From assembly GCF_009834535.1 (NCBI RefSeq), contig NC_045696.1, forward strand, positions 19,470,001 to 19,534,000: a stretch of 64,000 nucleotides of DNA, written 5' to 3'. The position numbers were made by a program, and so were the translations under genes. How positions within the stretch are numbered: the first letter of the stretch is position 1; each line of letters starts with the position of its first letter. Of the stretch, positions 1-14,255 are shown in pieces. Under the pieces are notes generated by a model. The model ran no database searches. It saw only the letters and a program-made list of their open reading frames with translations, and had not been told where the DNA came from. Source of the DNA: Camelus ferus (lineage: Eukaryota).

Positions 1-1812
1 TTAAAATTGCATCAAAAAAATGAAATACTTAGAAATAAACCTGGCCAAGGAGGTGAAAGACTTATATGCGAAGAACTACAAAACACTGATTAAGGAAATT
101 AAAGAAATGGAAAGATCCCATGTGCTTGGATTGGAAGAATTAATATTGTAAATGGTCATACTACCCAAAGCAATCTACAGATTTAATGGGATACCTATCA
201 AATTATCCAGGACATTTTTCACAGAAATAGAAGAAATAATCCTGAAATTTATATGGAATCACAAAAGACAAAGAATTGCCAATACAATACTGAAGAAAAA
301 GAATAAAGCTGGAAGAGTAACTCTCCCAGACTTCAGACAATACTACAGAGCTACAGCAATCAAAACAGCATGATACTGGCACAAGAGCAGACATGCGGAT
401 CAATGAATCAGAATAGAGAGCCCAGAAATAAGTCCACACACCTATGGTCAATTAATCTTCAACAAAGGAGACAAGAATACACAATGGAGAAAAGACAGCC
501 TCTTCAGAAAGTGGCATTGGGAAAGCTGGACAGCTGTATGTAAACCCCATGTACAAAGATAAACTCAAAATGGCTTAAAGACTTAAACATAAGACATGAT
601 AAACCTCCTAGAAAAACATAGGCAAAACATTCTCTGACGTAAATCTTAGCAGTATTCTTCTAGGGCAGTCTATCAAAGCAATAGAAATAAAAACAAAAAA
701 TAAACAAATGGGACCTAATTAAACTTAAAAGCTTTTGCACAGCAAATGAAACTATAAATAAAACAAAAAGACTATCTATGGAATGGGAGAAAATATCTGC
801 AAACAATGCAACTAACAAGGGCTTAATTTCCAGAATATACAAACATCTCATATATATAGCTCAATAACAAAAAAATACACAACCCAATCAAAAATGGGTA
901 GAAGATCTAAACAAACTTTTCTACAATAAAGACATACAAATAGCCAATAGGCACATGAAAAATGTTCAATATCACTAACTAAAGTAATGCAAATCAAAAC
1001 TACAGTGAGGTATCATACTAGTCAGAATGATCATCATTGAAGAGTCTACAAACAATATGTACTGGAGAGGGTGTGGAGTAAAGGAAACCCTCCTACACGG
1101 TTGGTGGGAATGTAGTTTGGTGCAGCCATTGTGGAAAACAGTATGCATATTCCTTAAAAATCTAAAAATAAACTTACCGTATGATCCAGCAATCCCACTC
1201 CTGGGCATATATCTGGAGGGAACTCTAATTTGAAAAGATACATGCACACCAATGTTCATAGCAGCACTATTTACAATAGGCAAGACATGGAAACAATCTA
1301 GATGTCTATGGACAGAAGACTGGATAAGGAAGTTGTGGTATACAGACAATGGAATACTACTCAGCCATAAAAAAGAATAAAATAATGCCATTTGCAGCAA
1401 CTTGGACAAACCTAGAGATTGTCATACTAGGTGAAGTAAGCCAGAAATAGAAAGAAAAATACTATACAATATCACTTATATTTGGAATCTAAAAAAATGA
1501 GACAAATGAATTTCCTTACAAAACAGAAACAGACTCACAGACGGAAAACAAACTTGTGGTTACTAGCGGAGAAGGGGGGAGGGTAAATTAGGAGTTAGGG
1601 ATTTGCAGATAGTAACTACTATATATAAAATAGATAAACAGCAAGTTTCTTCTGTATAACAAAGGAAACTATATTCAATATCTAATAACAGCCTATAATG
1701 AAAAAGAAAATGAAAAGGAATATGTAAGTGTATATACATACAACTGAATCACTATGCTGTACCCCAGAAATTAACACATTGTAAACTGACTATACTTCAA
1801 TTAAAAAAAAAA
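1..1812 (+). mobile_element. LINE-1: 3' part of ORF2 (disrupted), 3' UTR and poly(A); begins before the window
   Basis: ORF2 peptides [33 protein letters not shown] and LVQPLWKTV...[13 protein letters not shown], with stops and indels; ends aactgactatacttcaattaaaaaaaaaa. Confidence 0.95.
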
Positions 1813-2992
1813 TGACCTAAATTTCCCAGGTTTGCCCAATGTTGAGAAAAACAGGAAACATTTCTCAATTTCTTTTGTAAGGCCACCATTACATAGACAC
1901 AATTAAAACAACAAACAAACAAAAAGTCATCACGCTAACTGGAAACCAGAAAAAGTTTTAAATTTGGCTGCATTTCAAAAATTGCAAGAAATGAGTAGGT
2001 GTTAGAATACAAAAATGATGTATGTGAATTAAAAATGACAGTAGCATGTTTTTGTGAAGGAAATACATTTAAGGGAATTTATTAAATGAATTAAAGTGAA
2101 TTTGGGGATATGAAAAAGGAAAAAAGTTAAAAATAAATAAAATTGACACAGTGTAATGGGGATAACCATAATTATTAGTAAATCACTTTACAAAATTTAA
2201 AATTTTGTTTCACATTTAACATATTCCACATTAGACACAAATACTCAATGGTACTTATGGTAAAGTTGTTAACAGAAATCCCTTCTAGTGGACTTTGGCA
2301 TCATTTTTAGTTGAAGGCAAAGTCAATCAGGTGACTTTCTTCATCAGTCTGCAGCCAAAGGACATCCTTCATTCCCTACACAGATGACACATCCCAAGAC
2401 AGCTTTGAGCTGTTGGAAATCCCCTGTTAGTTACTGGTAATTAAATGTGAAGAAATCTATTCCCTCTTTCTCAAGTTCAGTGTGGCCATTCTTTGCTATA
2501 TGTTGATTAGAATGATTTATTTTTAAAAATCCATATTAAACAAGTATATTTTGAGTTGTTAATAATTTATAAAAATGAATAATTACTTTTGAGGTGTGAT
2601 TTTCTAATCCTACCTACAGTAAAGAAAATTGAGAAGAGGGCTTAGCTTGAAGTTACTAAAATCAAGCAGAATGGAAGGTGAAATATTCTGCTAAACTTGT
2701 CAGAAAAATGGGGAAAATATACCTTATTTCTGAAATGTTGCTAAGTGTAGAAATCACAAGATGAAAACCATGGCATTATTTGGATGATCTATGCTTAGAC
2801 TTAACAAAAAACAAATAAACAAGCAAACATTTTACAATTTATAATGATGAATTTCAGCAACAGAAAATTATCTGATTTCCTTTTATCATTGTTTTACTTA
2901 ATATGCATTCTCTGCTGATATATCTGTGATTCAACACAAATTTATTGCAGCTTAAAAACACTGTACCAAATGATAATAAACAGGGTACTTAC

Positions 2993-3114
2993 ACTTCTGT
3001 ATTTCACAATATATTCCAAAATGGGGGCCCCTCCATCATCCTGTTTGGTGATACTGAGTTTAAAGCTCTTCCCACTGCTTGGCTGTCCATGTATGGATGG
3101 AGGACTTGGTTCAC
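2993..3114 (-). CDS. NCAM2: NCAM2 coding exon (probably exon 14), first half of FnIII-2, 122 nt, phase 1 to 0
   Basis: Acceptor gcttatttag|GTGAA, donor AGT|gtaagt; encodes (R)[40 protein letters not shown] (ORF 2942..3151). Confidence 0.96.
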
Positions 3115-3754
3115 CTAAATAAGCAATATAACATTCTTGATGTTTGCACACACCTCGTATGTGTAGAGAAACTGCATTTAAATAAAAGCAACACTGTTAT
3201 GTGTCAGATTCTATGATATTATCCTTGATGTATCGTTTCCCATTTGCTCTTTGTTGTGATCCAACCTCTGAGCCTCCTTTTCCCCATCCAAGAAACAGCA
3301 ACACTCGTAAATCTAGAAGTCTCACGCCAAAATTGTGAAAACTCAGGACCGAATATATTATTTATATTGATGTGAAATCCTCTGAGAATAGAACTCACTG
3401 CATTACACAAGTGTTAAACTTTATTTCCTGTATTAGTAATGTGCAATCATTTATTTTATTAATGTAAATTTATTCTGTAAACATTCTGCAAACATGGATT
3501 AATATAAACATATTAAACCATCAAACTGTATGGAATATATCCTTACCAGGAAAGCAAATAGCTTAGCAATTAGTTATCTGATTTAATGAGCATTTTTTTA
3601 ACTAGATGCAAATTTGAATAAAGAAATTTTGTAGCATCATCCAATCTATAGGTGGGTTAATATCTTTTTAAAAAATTCTAGCTTCATGAAAGTACCTGCC
3701 TGTGATGTCATTCTCCACATAGAGATGGTATTATATCAAAGATACTTATAATAC

Positions 3755-3866
3755 TTTCGGGGGGTAGGTAGTTAAGTTTGTTTGTTTGTTTATTTAAAGG
3801 AGGTACTGGGGATTGAACCCAAGACCTCATGCATGCTAGACATGCACCTTACCACTGACCTATCCT
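3755..3866 (-). mobile_element. tRNA-Ala-derived SINE (vic-1-like), extreme 5' end degraded
   Basis: Plus strand ggaggtactggggattgaacccaagacctcatgcatgctagacatgcaccttaccactgacctat is the reverse complement of a tRNA-Ala(AGC)-like head; adjacent (AAAC/AAAT)n and C-rich tail. Confidence 0.85.
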
Positions 3867-4484
3867 GGAGATTATAAAAAGAAGAAGAATCAAGACAGAA
3901 CGCACAGGACCTTGGGGGAAGAAAACAACATTACCAAACTTTAGTTCAACCCACTGATGCAGAGAGCATGGTGGCAGCTGAGGGAGGAGATGTGAGGACG
4001 GCAGGCAAAGATGTGTGGAGGTGGAAGGTGTAAAGTGACTGGCGGTGTTGCTGAGGACTGACTGTTAGAAGAGAATGGAAAGACTTTCCATTTAAATTAA
4101 GACTAAGTCATTCTAGAATCATTTTAGTCTAGAGGCAGGATTACGAGTCAAGATGTACTTGCAGTCGTCCTGGTGACAAAATAAAGAAGGAATGAAAAAG
4201 ACACTGGCATCGGGAGTGGAGAAAAGGGAACACATCTGACATTTTATGAGAACCAACAGAAAAGAATTGGTCAGAAGTTAGGATAATTATTGCGATCAAT
4301 TTGACTGCTTTCTGTAAGTATATATAATAGGCAGGGTTATGCATTGATTTCATAACAGTATTTATTGAGTCATGTTCAAGTTTTCTCACATTTTTTCACA
4401 AGTTATTCAACATGAAGGAAATGTAAATTGTTTAATTTATCTTAACTTCATGTAATGCAGTTGACTTAAAATAACCCAGAACAG

Positions 4485-4512
4485 GACAGTAATGACAGTA
4501 ATGACAGTAATG
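4485..4512. repeat. Tandem repeat (GACAGTAAT)x3
   Basis: Three perfect 9-mers read directly. Confidence 0.9.
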
Positions 4513-4904
4513 TGGAGGTTGCAATAGTTACTCTTCTGCTGTCACCACTGCAATGGATTCATACAGTGGTGCCTTTTCCTCCCACTCAGGGCCTATGGAA
4601 TTCACGGGCTAAAGGCAATGGTTATGCCTCAGACAAGGAACAGAATATTACATGTTACATAGAAACGTTTCTACCCTTTCACAGAGTATAGTCTGAGTGC
4701 TACAATCTAATTAATCAGACTATAAATAAGTATGACACCTTCCTGACTGGAATAATCTCCTGAAAGTAATTTTAATGTACAAACTGTACTTTTCTTTCCC
4801 CCTTGCTCCAGAACAAAGTTATTTTTAATAAAACCATCTTCAGAAACCACTTCAACAGACACATAGTTCACTCCCTCAAAGTGCTGAAATGTCTCCCTGT
4901 ATTT

Positions 4905-5050
4905 CAGTTTTGTTCTTTGTTTTCTTTTTGGAGGAGGGAGGTAATTATTTTTGTTTGTTTTTAGGGGAGGTACTAGGGATTGAACCCAGAAACTCTTGCA
5001 TCTCTTGCATGCTAAGCAGGCACTCTACCTCTTGAGCTATACCCTCCCCC
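4905..5050 (-). mobile_element. tRNA-Ala-derived SINE (vic-1-like) with an internal 9-bp duplication
   Basis: Minus strand GGGGGAGGGTATAGCTCAAGAGGTAGAGTGCCTGCTTAGCATGC...GGGTTCAATCCCTAGTACCTCC plus tail; degenerate TSD tctccctgtattt (4892) / tctcgcctgcattt (5051). Confidence 0.88.
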
Positions 5051-5130
5051 TCTCGCCTGCATTTTAAAATCCCATTTAAATTTGTAAGTAAAGAGAATGG
5101 CAACAGTACAAAATAGAGAGGATTACTTAC

Positions 5131-5250
5131 GAACTGGTAATGTTTGGAAAATTTCTATTTTACTGTAGTCTCCTTGCCCTTTTCCATTTACAGCTGCAAC
5201 CCTGATTTCATAAGTTGTATTTGGTTCCAGGTTGCTCAAAACAACCATTG
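5131..5250 (-). CDS. NCAM2: NCAM2 coding exon (probably exon 13), second half of FnIII-1, 120 nt, phase 1 to 1
   Basis: Not in the ORF track; manual translation gives [40 protein letters not shown] with the FnIII LxPxTxY motif. Acceptor ttttttcgtttag|CA, donor TTC|gtaagt. Confidence 0.96.
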
Positions 5251-8200
5251 CTAAACGAAAAAAAAAATATGCCTATGATTAATGCATTTTAATGAGTAAA
5301 ACAAATCAACCTATTACAAAGCTGTGTGAATAATATCACCGTAAATTTTCCCATGAAATATCTGAAAAAATAAGAAATACACATAAGAAGAGAATGATTT
5401 GTGAACAATCCTCTTCTTCACCTCTGTTTTAGCTTTCTACACACATGCAGTAACTTTCAAAGAAGAAAATTAATAGTTCCGTTTGTGATACTTACACTCA
5501 CAAAGTAGAAAGTAAAATATTCTCTTTCATCTTTTTAATATTCAAGAAATAAGATAGATTTAAATAAATACTTTATTGCATGCATCTCAAATATTTTATC
5601 TACTCTAAATGTATTATTTCTATAGAATTTAATGGAGATATGCCATTTAGTATCTAGAACTCTGGCCTCTAGTATAAAGTGTTTGAGTCATGTCCAAGTG
5701 TCACAAAGTTGACTGCTGCAGCAGTAGATCATTTATTCAATAATCTCAAATCAAATCAAGTTATTTTTAATGCTAGCTTGAAGCTTGTCATCTCTTGTAT
5801 TTTCTTTCTGAATGTCTTCTCAATTATACACTGTACCAGGTCTGGATTCAACATGACACAAACGAGAAGAAAGAATCTGAAAAAATACAGGGATATAAAA
5901 GTTATTAGAAACATCTCCTGGGTCATGCCAGCGCTGTTAGTTTGCTGGAGAATCTTAAATACAATTTCAGATTTCAAAATTTTTCATTTTGAAAAATTCC
6001 TTTGACGGAGCTAACAAAATTCCATAGTTGCCTTTATCCTTACTGCTTTTGCTAAACAGAGTAAAAATTAACCAGTGGAATTGACAATGCTTTGATGAAT
6101 AATCAAAAGAAAGTTATGTCCAGTTTACATAACAACTTCAAGCCAAATAATCAATTCATAATAAAGGATATAATCAATCACAAAATAAAAAGATTAAGTC
6201 ATAAGTAATCAGGGTCATATTCATAGGACTATTGATTAACATGAACCATGACTGAAAATGGTACACATTCAATAAAATTCTAATGTAATTTATTAATTAC
6301 ATTATAATATACATTCACTAGATAACATTTTCCATTTTACACCAAATGAACATATTTAATAAATTGGTTTTGATATTTCCTTGTGCTCCCTTCTTTTCCC
6401 CAATATTATCATATATATCAGATAAATATTACCAGAAAAATATATGTTTTGGATATCAATCAGACCTTATTTAATCCAGTACAGATGTTTCAAAATCATT
6501 AGAAATGATAAATTTCCAATTAGTGAAATTTACATTTGTATTTCTCAGTTTCTTGTAAATAAAAACTGAACTTGTGCTTGAGAATGCATTTCCTTGTCAA
6601 AGCCTCAGATGAAAACACATGGTGTCAAAGTTAAGGGAGGCCAACTGGGAAAAGACTGATTGGCAGGGAAATCCAACTGATTAGAAGCTGCAAGAATAAA
6701 CTGGAAAGCCAAAATTTGAATCCAATTATTTCCAACAGGCTAACAACCAGTGAGCTTCTTCAGGAAAGCCAAACCCAGCTGGCTGGTGACCTGGAGTAGT
6801 GAAATATATAACAACAGCTTGACAAAAAATACAGCTAAATGGAGAGAAGGCTCATGCACAGATGAAGCTGGTCATGAAGATTATGGAAAGGGAGAGGGAA
6901 TCAAATGAAGAGTTAGGCAGCTAAAATGCTAAGAAGTTGGAATCCTATTGACCTTAAGAGAGAAAGTTTCTGCTTTAGGTCAGCATAGCAAGGAATTCAA
7001 GAGTTAAAAATTTATAATATTTTATCATTGAATCAATTAATAAATATAGCAAATTTAAAGCCAAAGTGAGATTAATGCTTTACAAAACCATGTTTACTCT
7101 TCATGGCTTAAAACAAAATGCTTGCACCCTTGGACAATCAATAGCGTCACGGAGTAGTTTGTGTCTGACTATCCTCTTCTTTAACCTAATAAAGAATGAC
7201 TCGACGTAGCTTGTAGACATATGAGAGACTCTTGTGGGAAATGGTCAGACTGTAATGAGCTCTAACAAGACCCTAAAGTGATGCATGCTTTAGACTCATG
7301 AAAGGAGCCATGTGGCTCCGGGCCTGAACCCACCACCGACTGCGATTCAACTAAATCTTAGGGCTGAGTTGGTCTCTCAACTTCTAAAAAGAGACATTTT
7401 ATTAAATATCATAGAAACAAAAGTATAAAAACAGGTTGAAAGAAGGTATAGAAAAAAAATCGTGATCTGTGAAATAATCGCTACTATGAATCAATTATCC
7501 ATGCAAATGGGGATATTATGTGGAGGCTGAGAAATAATACAAAACAAAGGATAGTCTAAAATGTATTCATCTTTGACTCTGGTTAGTGGAAAAATAGTTT
7601 ATGGGCAAAAATAGTCAGTGATACTTACGAGTATCAACATTTACACAGATAATAGAGAAAGAGATTATGTTACACAAGAATATGAGATGGCCATAGTTGC
7701 CTGTAACGCTGCAGACAACTCTGGTATGTGACATCCTTTCCATACTCTGTGCCGTGAAGATGTAGCTGCTACCATCGTTTTATGAGGCAGACTGTAAGCT
7801 CAGCTGTGTAGGTGAGAGCAAATAGCAATGTTTACATTCAACTGTTTGTCTTCATACAATCAAACAAAAAAGCAATCGAATTTAAAGCACACAACTCTAA
7901 CTGTAAATAAAACTCTTCATTTCATCAGAAGTGTAGATCATGCTATTTCTCTTTTTAGGTAAAAAATGGGTAACAGTAGAGCTATCTAAGTATCAGAGCA
8001 TATGAAATCAGGGAAAATTGAAGATACTACTTGGATTAAACAATTAAAACAACAACACACATTCACACAAAAGCAACTTCACTATTTATTTGAATTATCT
8101 GAGTAATTCCAGTAAAAGCTCTTTCTGGCTTGGATTATCAGCATTCTTTCCCCAACATTCCATAGGGATTACGAGGAGCTTTGAATGTCCCTCTACCTCT

Positions 8201-11200
8201 GCCAAGGGGAAACCTACTTCTTTAATTACATTATGATCAATTCAGAATTGATGTTCCCCATGTTTCCCCTTCTTCTCCTGTTCTCAGACTCTTCCCTTTA
8301 CTCCCTGAGTTTCACAGCAGAGCGGTTTATGGAGGAGAGGAGAAAAGGGGGTAAACTTTTCTTACATCGCTGGGCTAAACCACTCAAGAGGTAAAGCGGA
8401 TAGGGGAGGTCTTACAGAAGACTTTCCAAATTATAGGGGAGAGGCCTGGAAGTAAACCTACTGATGCCAGTTTTACAAAATTTAAATACAAGAAGTCAGT
8501 CTGTTTTTGAGTTTTGACTCCAAAGGTTTTGGCACAATAACCTTTATTATGAGCCTTATTAGCATTGTGTGAACATAAATGTTACTGCGTGACAGAAAGA
8601 ACTCTGTAAATTGGGACCAATTTAAAGAGAGGGAAAGAAAAAGAGTCAGGGGAGGCAAAGCCTGTATCTGTAATTTGACTTGCCTTTCTTAAATGGGAGT
8701 ATATATATACATTAAATCACCTGTAATGTACTGGCATATTACCAAACATAGGGCTTCTGAATACACAAGGTAGGGCTCGAAAGCAAACCACCACTTGAAA
8801 TCCAAAGGCTGTGTACTCTATAATACAGTGCCTCAAATTATGAAGTTAGTTAATGGAAGACTTTCTTTCTCCAAATGTGTCCATACAATAGAACAAAAGA
8901 ACCACAAACTAAGGTGTGAGATGGGTTCTTTCTCTATAATTTATTAGAAATTCAAACTCAAAAATGAGGTGAAAGTAGGTCTGATTACAAACCACTGACA
9001 GTTCTCTAAGGACAAATGACATACATTAAGGTTTTTTTATGGTTATATTCAGTCAGCATGATGTGGAAACCATAATGCAATTCTGAAAATTATAAACAAT
9101 CATGAATTTTTCTTTGGCATGGCAACAGGGGTAAGTTCTGTAAAGAATCTGGTTTCCTTCACTAATTTAATGTTCCTGGTTGATTTAAATATAACTGAGT
9201 TTCATAAATGATCATTTTGTCACCTGGCTATAAGTGCAAAATACTATAGCAAAATATTGAAATACATTAAAAACAATGACATTTAAACTGGCAAATGATA
9301 GGAAAATAGGAATTTTTTTTTGCATTATTTTTACAAGTATGGACATGATATTACTAGAGAGAAAAATTTGAAGTTGAAGTCTCTCTTTAAGAAGGGAATC
9401 AGACTTTATTAAAAGAAGTTGAACAAAGTAAGTTCTGTTTGTTCAGATAACAGATTGTAAATTCCTCCCCTTGGCTGTCAAGAGAAGCTGAGGCTATAGA
9501 ATGTTTACAACCCTTGGAGCAACATAAATTACATGTTTGCAAACTAATTAGGCTGAGCGAAGGTCTAAAGTGATATTAAACCTTGCCACGCTCTCTTCAC
9601 TCTCAAACTCCAGATCTCTCCATGGGTTTTTCCTGCCTTTCAGCGTAAGCAGATAAGGGCTCCCTCGGTGCAGAACCGCTGTATCATCCACCTAAAATGG
9701 AACTGTTCAGGTTGTCAAGAACTGTGAAACATGTCAGATAGCTACGAGAAATCACAAAGCATAGGCAGGAAAGAACTAATCATTCAAAATTACACTTGCT
9801 GTTAATCTCCTTAGATAAATCTGAAAATATAATGAAATCCCTGAAGTTTCTCACCTAAGATTCAACTTTTGCTCTCTAAACAATTAAAACAAGCCAATAA
9901 AAAGCTATTTTTCTTTTCATTTTTCCTTTTTTTTTAACAGAGAAAGAATTCTCTGACTCCTTTCTGCAGAAGTCTGTAACAGGCTTGAATAAAAATAAAA
10001 GTAATTTTTTATCTGTTTTATCCATAACGTAGATTTTTTTTTTAATACTCTGACTTCAGTTAGTCTTTATATACACAAGAATGACTTCAGGGACAATTTC
10101 ATTATTAACACAAATCATCTTTAAGTTTACTTAAGAAGTTTATGTAAATAATAATCTCAGTTCAATTATAGTTTCATTTATTATGAAAACATAAATTTGT
10201 ATTTTTGTACAAATTATATTGTATTTCAATAATCCTTTAGTTGCAAAAGAATATGATCTCATCTCTCACCTTTCTAAAATAATCTTAGAGACGTTTATGG
10301 ATCGTGATATGTAATTGTATGGATGTATGCTATAATATAAATAACATTTATGGATAGATTCTTTGGAATAAATAATTCCTATGGATACATATTTTGATAA
10401 ACAGTAGAAATAAAAATTAATCAAATGATTTAGTGCTGTTTGTGTGGGGCTTTGAGTCAAAGCAATACGTTGTTGACATTTTTAAAATCTGAGTTCATCA
10501 TTTCTGAATTTTCATAATTTTCTCTTTACGGTACTGCTTTTTATGTTCTTTTTCATCATGAGTATAAACTATGCATAAAAACAATAAAACAACTTAACAA
10601 TTGAGTTTTAACTGATACAAGATTTTACACAAGAAGTACTTAATGTCACTTGAAGTTAAATGGCTTTTCCTTGAAATATACTATCTATATAAAAACCTTG
10701 ATTTAAAAATAGAAAAGTTCCATCAAAATTTTTTTCATAAGCTATTCATACATTTTTTCATTTCAAATATAACATTTGTTAGCATATAAAAATTATTTAT
10801 CCAAGGAGAGTTCAATTGTTTATTTTTAGGATCCACTTAATATGTAAAATATGATAGATATATAATTACCCAAAATTTTCTTCTAGTCTAAAACAATAGG
10901 TTTTTATAAAATACTCATAAAACCTCCTGATGATTAAAAGTAATCAGAACATTATTTTTCACTCACAAATATGCTAATTTCTTAAAATGTCTATGCCCAC
11001 AAAATTCTTTCTGTTATAAGCTCTTTTACCCCCATTTTTTGGGGGAAAGCAGGAATTGAGAGCGTAAGTTTAGCTTTTGTAGTTAAATGCCCCTCCCTGC
11101 ACCACAACTATAGAAACTCGAAGCTTCATTTTAGCTATTTAACCTCCTAATAGCATTTATATATATTTTTTCTATTATTGATTATGCTCTCTGTTTTTGT

Positions 11201-11519
11201 ATTTGGCTGTTTTACGGTGAAAAGCTTTTTATTGTAAGAATCTTCTAAACAGAGCACATGTCATACATATCATATATATTGTCTCCAGCCCTCACAAAGC
11301 CTACATATTTCAAAAGCAGAATAGGAATTCAATAAAGGGTTTTTGAATTGACATTTTAAAAAATATGCCAAACAAAACATCATTTTCAAAAAGCTGACAC
11401 AGAAAGGACACTTGCTAAATCTATAGGTGTTATCTTTAATTACTTAGTTAATTCTATTCTTGTGTTGCTAAACATTTAAAGTAACATTTTACTTCTTCAA
11501 GTAAAAGTTTTTGTTTGTG

Positions 11520-11690
11520 CAGAAAATCCACCATTTAAATCTCATTTGATAGTATATCATTGAATACTTAGACTAAACCAGTTTGGTTACAGTCTCCGTT
11601 TCACAGATAAATAAATGGAGGCTCAGAAGGATCAAACAGCCAAGAAGTAGCAAGCTTGGATTCTGTCTTAAAGCTTTGCATTGTCCCACA
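11520..11690 (-). mobile_element. MIR fragment
   Basis: Core-like gtttcacagataaataaatggaggctcagaagg; boundaries approximate. Confidence 0.55.
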
Positions 11691-13066
11691 GTTGTATCCT
11701 GGCCTATTAATCCAGAGCACAGAAAGCCATTTGTAAAAAAGGAATCTAAAAAGTCCTCATTAACCTGAATGTAAGGAAAATGTATTCTCTCTTCCCAAAA
11801 ATATTAATTACATATACAAATAAATGATAAACTAATAAAAATGATAATTCTGTATATACTTTAAAATATTTAATTTAAGCTATTAGAGGGCACAACCTCT
11901 TTCTCAGAATATTTTAATTAAGAGTTTCTGGATTCTCATTAGAAGGAACAATGTAAATCCATGCTGATGATCTCCTTAAAATCCCAGCACTATAAAATGG
12001 ATACAACTCTGATTTTTCCTGTAGTTCACAGGAGCACATTAAAATTACAGTAATTTGCATTAATGAGAGATTCAGAGCAAAGTCAGATTAAACTATCTGA
12101 TCAGTAAGCATTCAGATTCTTAAGATTCTCACAGTAGAAGATACTCATTACTAGCCGCTTCTGCCTATTGTGCATTTTGGCCAATTTATTTGGTCATTTT
12201 TATGTATTTTTAAATACTGTATCAGTCAGTTTTTTTCACGTATCCCATTCAAGGTTCCCAGCCACATTTCCAAATGAGGAGGAATGAACCCATCTTGCTT
12301 TATCATTTATGTCCTCTATTATGCAACACACCAAACCACACAGCCCAGAATTTCCCTTTGAATGTGAGTAAGATTCTGAACCAACGCACCAATGCAACTT
12401 TGGCCGTTTTTTGCACCCTACCTTCTTTAATTTTTTTTTTCTTTCTCCATTATCAAGGAAGTACATACTATTTTTTTAAAGTTCATATCATTACTCAGAA
12501 TTTCTCCTGGAGAGGCCATGATTTTCTCTATAGTGAATCCAGACATCTCCTTTAGTTCTATTCATGCTTGTTATTTTACAATGAATTTCAGGACATGGAA
12601 ACATTCTACTTCCTCTAGGTATTTGGGATCATATATGTTCCTTTCTGTATCTTGTTTCAAATAAATTAATATGAATGCTTACCACTCATATTTTAGAGAT
12701 TTTCATATCCCGAAAAACTAAAGATAAAAATGTATCTGTAAATAATACTTTCAGCATTTAATAAAAACATTACATTATATTTTTACATAACTACTTTGAA
12801 TGCTATTAAACTATTTTGACCTGGAGTATTTTAAAATATGTTTTTTGGAGAATCTAAATTATGAAACAGATAATTCCATGGTTAAATATTCATGTGCTTA
12901 ATTCTTTTCTTATGAATACTTCATGTAAACTGAAGATGCTCATCTGAACAATTCCACTGGAATCTCTCATAAAAATTTTTAAAAAATGAATCTTAAATTT
13001 TAAAGTGCAAAGAAAGAATGTCCATAAATTACAGTTTCAGTAAATACTAAGATATGCAAATGTTAA

Positions 13067-14255
13067 GGGAGGAGTCTAGGCAGAGTAGGAAGCATCAGGA
13101 ATCTGTCTCCCCACTTGGACAACAGTTGAACTGGAAGAATCTGTTTGATGGAAATACTTTGGAATTCTAGAGCCTATTAAAAGCTTGCAACTTCCAGAGG
13201 AAGAAATGGCCAGCAAATTAGGGTAAATTTTAGTCATTTCAGCTGTTAGTGGCTACCATCCCTACCCTAGCCAAGTAGTAGGCAACTGTACATACGTTCC
13301 TGGAGCAACCTGCACATAGCTTGTGGGAGCCACATGGGTAAAAAGGATTCTATCTTCCAAATATCAGGGATCTTGCTCTGATCTTTGCTGCTTTTGATCA
13401 CAGAGGTGCCGACAAAGAGGCGGGCAGCCATTGCTGGTGCACCTCTCCTCATCGTTGCTGCCATCCTCTGGATGAGATGACTCCCTGGGAGTCTAAAGGA
13501 CTGGCACTCTGAGAAGACTTTAGGTTATGTTTTAGTCTGATCCTTGACAAAAACACAGCCTACAACAATATTAAAAAAAAATCAAAACAATAAATAAGAA
13601 CAAATAAGAAAAAGAGTACACACCAGGGAAAGAGGAAGCATCTAATTTTCAGAGTCACCACATTATTAAATTCAAATGCCCAGTTTTCAACATAAAATCA
13701 CAAGGCATGCAAAGAAACAGAGAAGTATGGCCCATTCAAAAAAGAATTAAACCAACAGAAATTGTCCCTGAAAAATACATCATGACAGATATACTAGATA
13801 AAGACTTTTAAACAACTATGTTAAAGATGCTTAAATAACTAAAGGAAAGATGTGGACAAAGTCAAAAAAACAATGATGACCAAAATGGAAATACCAATAA
13901 AAAGAGAAACCAAAACATAATTCTGAAGCTTAAAAGTGTAATAAGTGGAATGAAAGATTCATTAGAGGGATTTGCAGGCAGATGTGAAAGGACAGAAGAA
14001 AGAATCAGTGAATTTAAAGATAGGACAATGAAAATTCTTAAATCTGAGGAACAGAGGAGCAAAAGATTGAAAAAAAATACAAACAGAGCCTAAGGGACCA
14101 GGGGACACGTACACAACCAACTGAACCAATATCATACTATAAAAGTTCCAGAAAGAGAAGATAGAGAAAAAGGGACAGAGAGAATATTGAAGAATTAACA
14201 CCTGAAAGCTTCAGCGAAGAATGTAAACATTCAAGAAGCTCAATGAATTTCAAGA
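13067..14255 (+). mobile_element. Old LINE-1 5' region (5' UTR remnant plus ORF1 fragment)
   Basis: Plus frame near 13900-14075 reads KRNQNIILKLKSVISGMKDSLEGFAGRCERTEERISEFKDRTMKILKSEEQ (ORF1p coiled coil, EERISE motif); later attcaagaagctcaa (IQEAQ). Confidence 0.85.

Noticed and set aside
152..1409. ORFs of 63-144 aa on both strands
   Set aside because: Broken L1 ORF2 and its antisense frames; not independent genes.
2942..2992. Hydrophobic read-through tail ([16 protein letters not shown]) after the 122-nt exon, and a similar one at 52478-52537, as GPI or membrane anchors
   Set aside because: U-rich intron sequence gives hydrophobic peptides by chance, and both donors are consensus gtaagt.
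3535..3570. Possible microexon (CTG|gtaagg donor on the minus strand) in the intron equivalent to the NCAM1 MSD1/AAG position
   Set aside because: No AG with a polypyrimidine tract at a suitable distance upstream.
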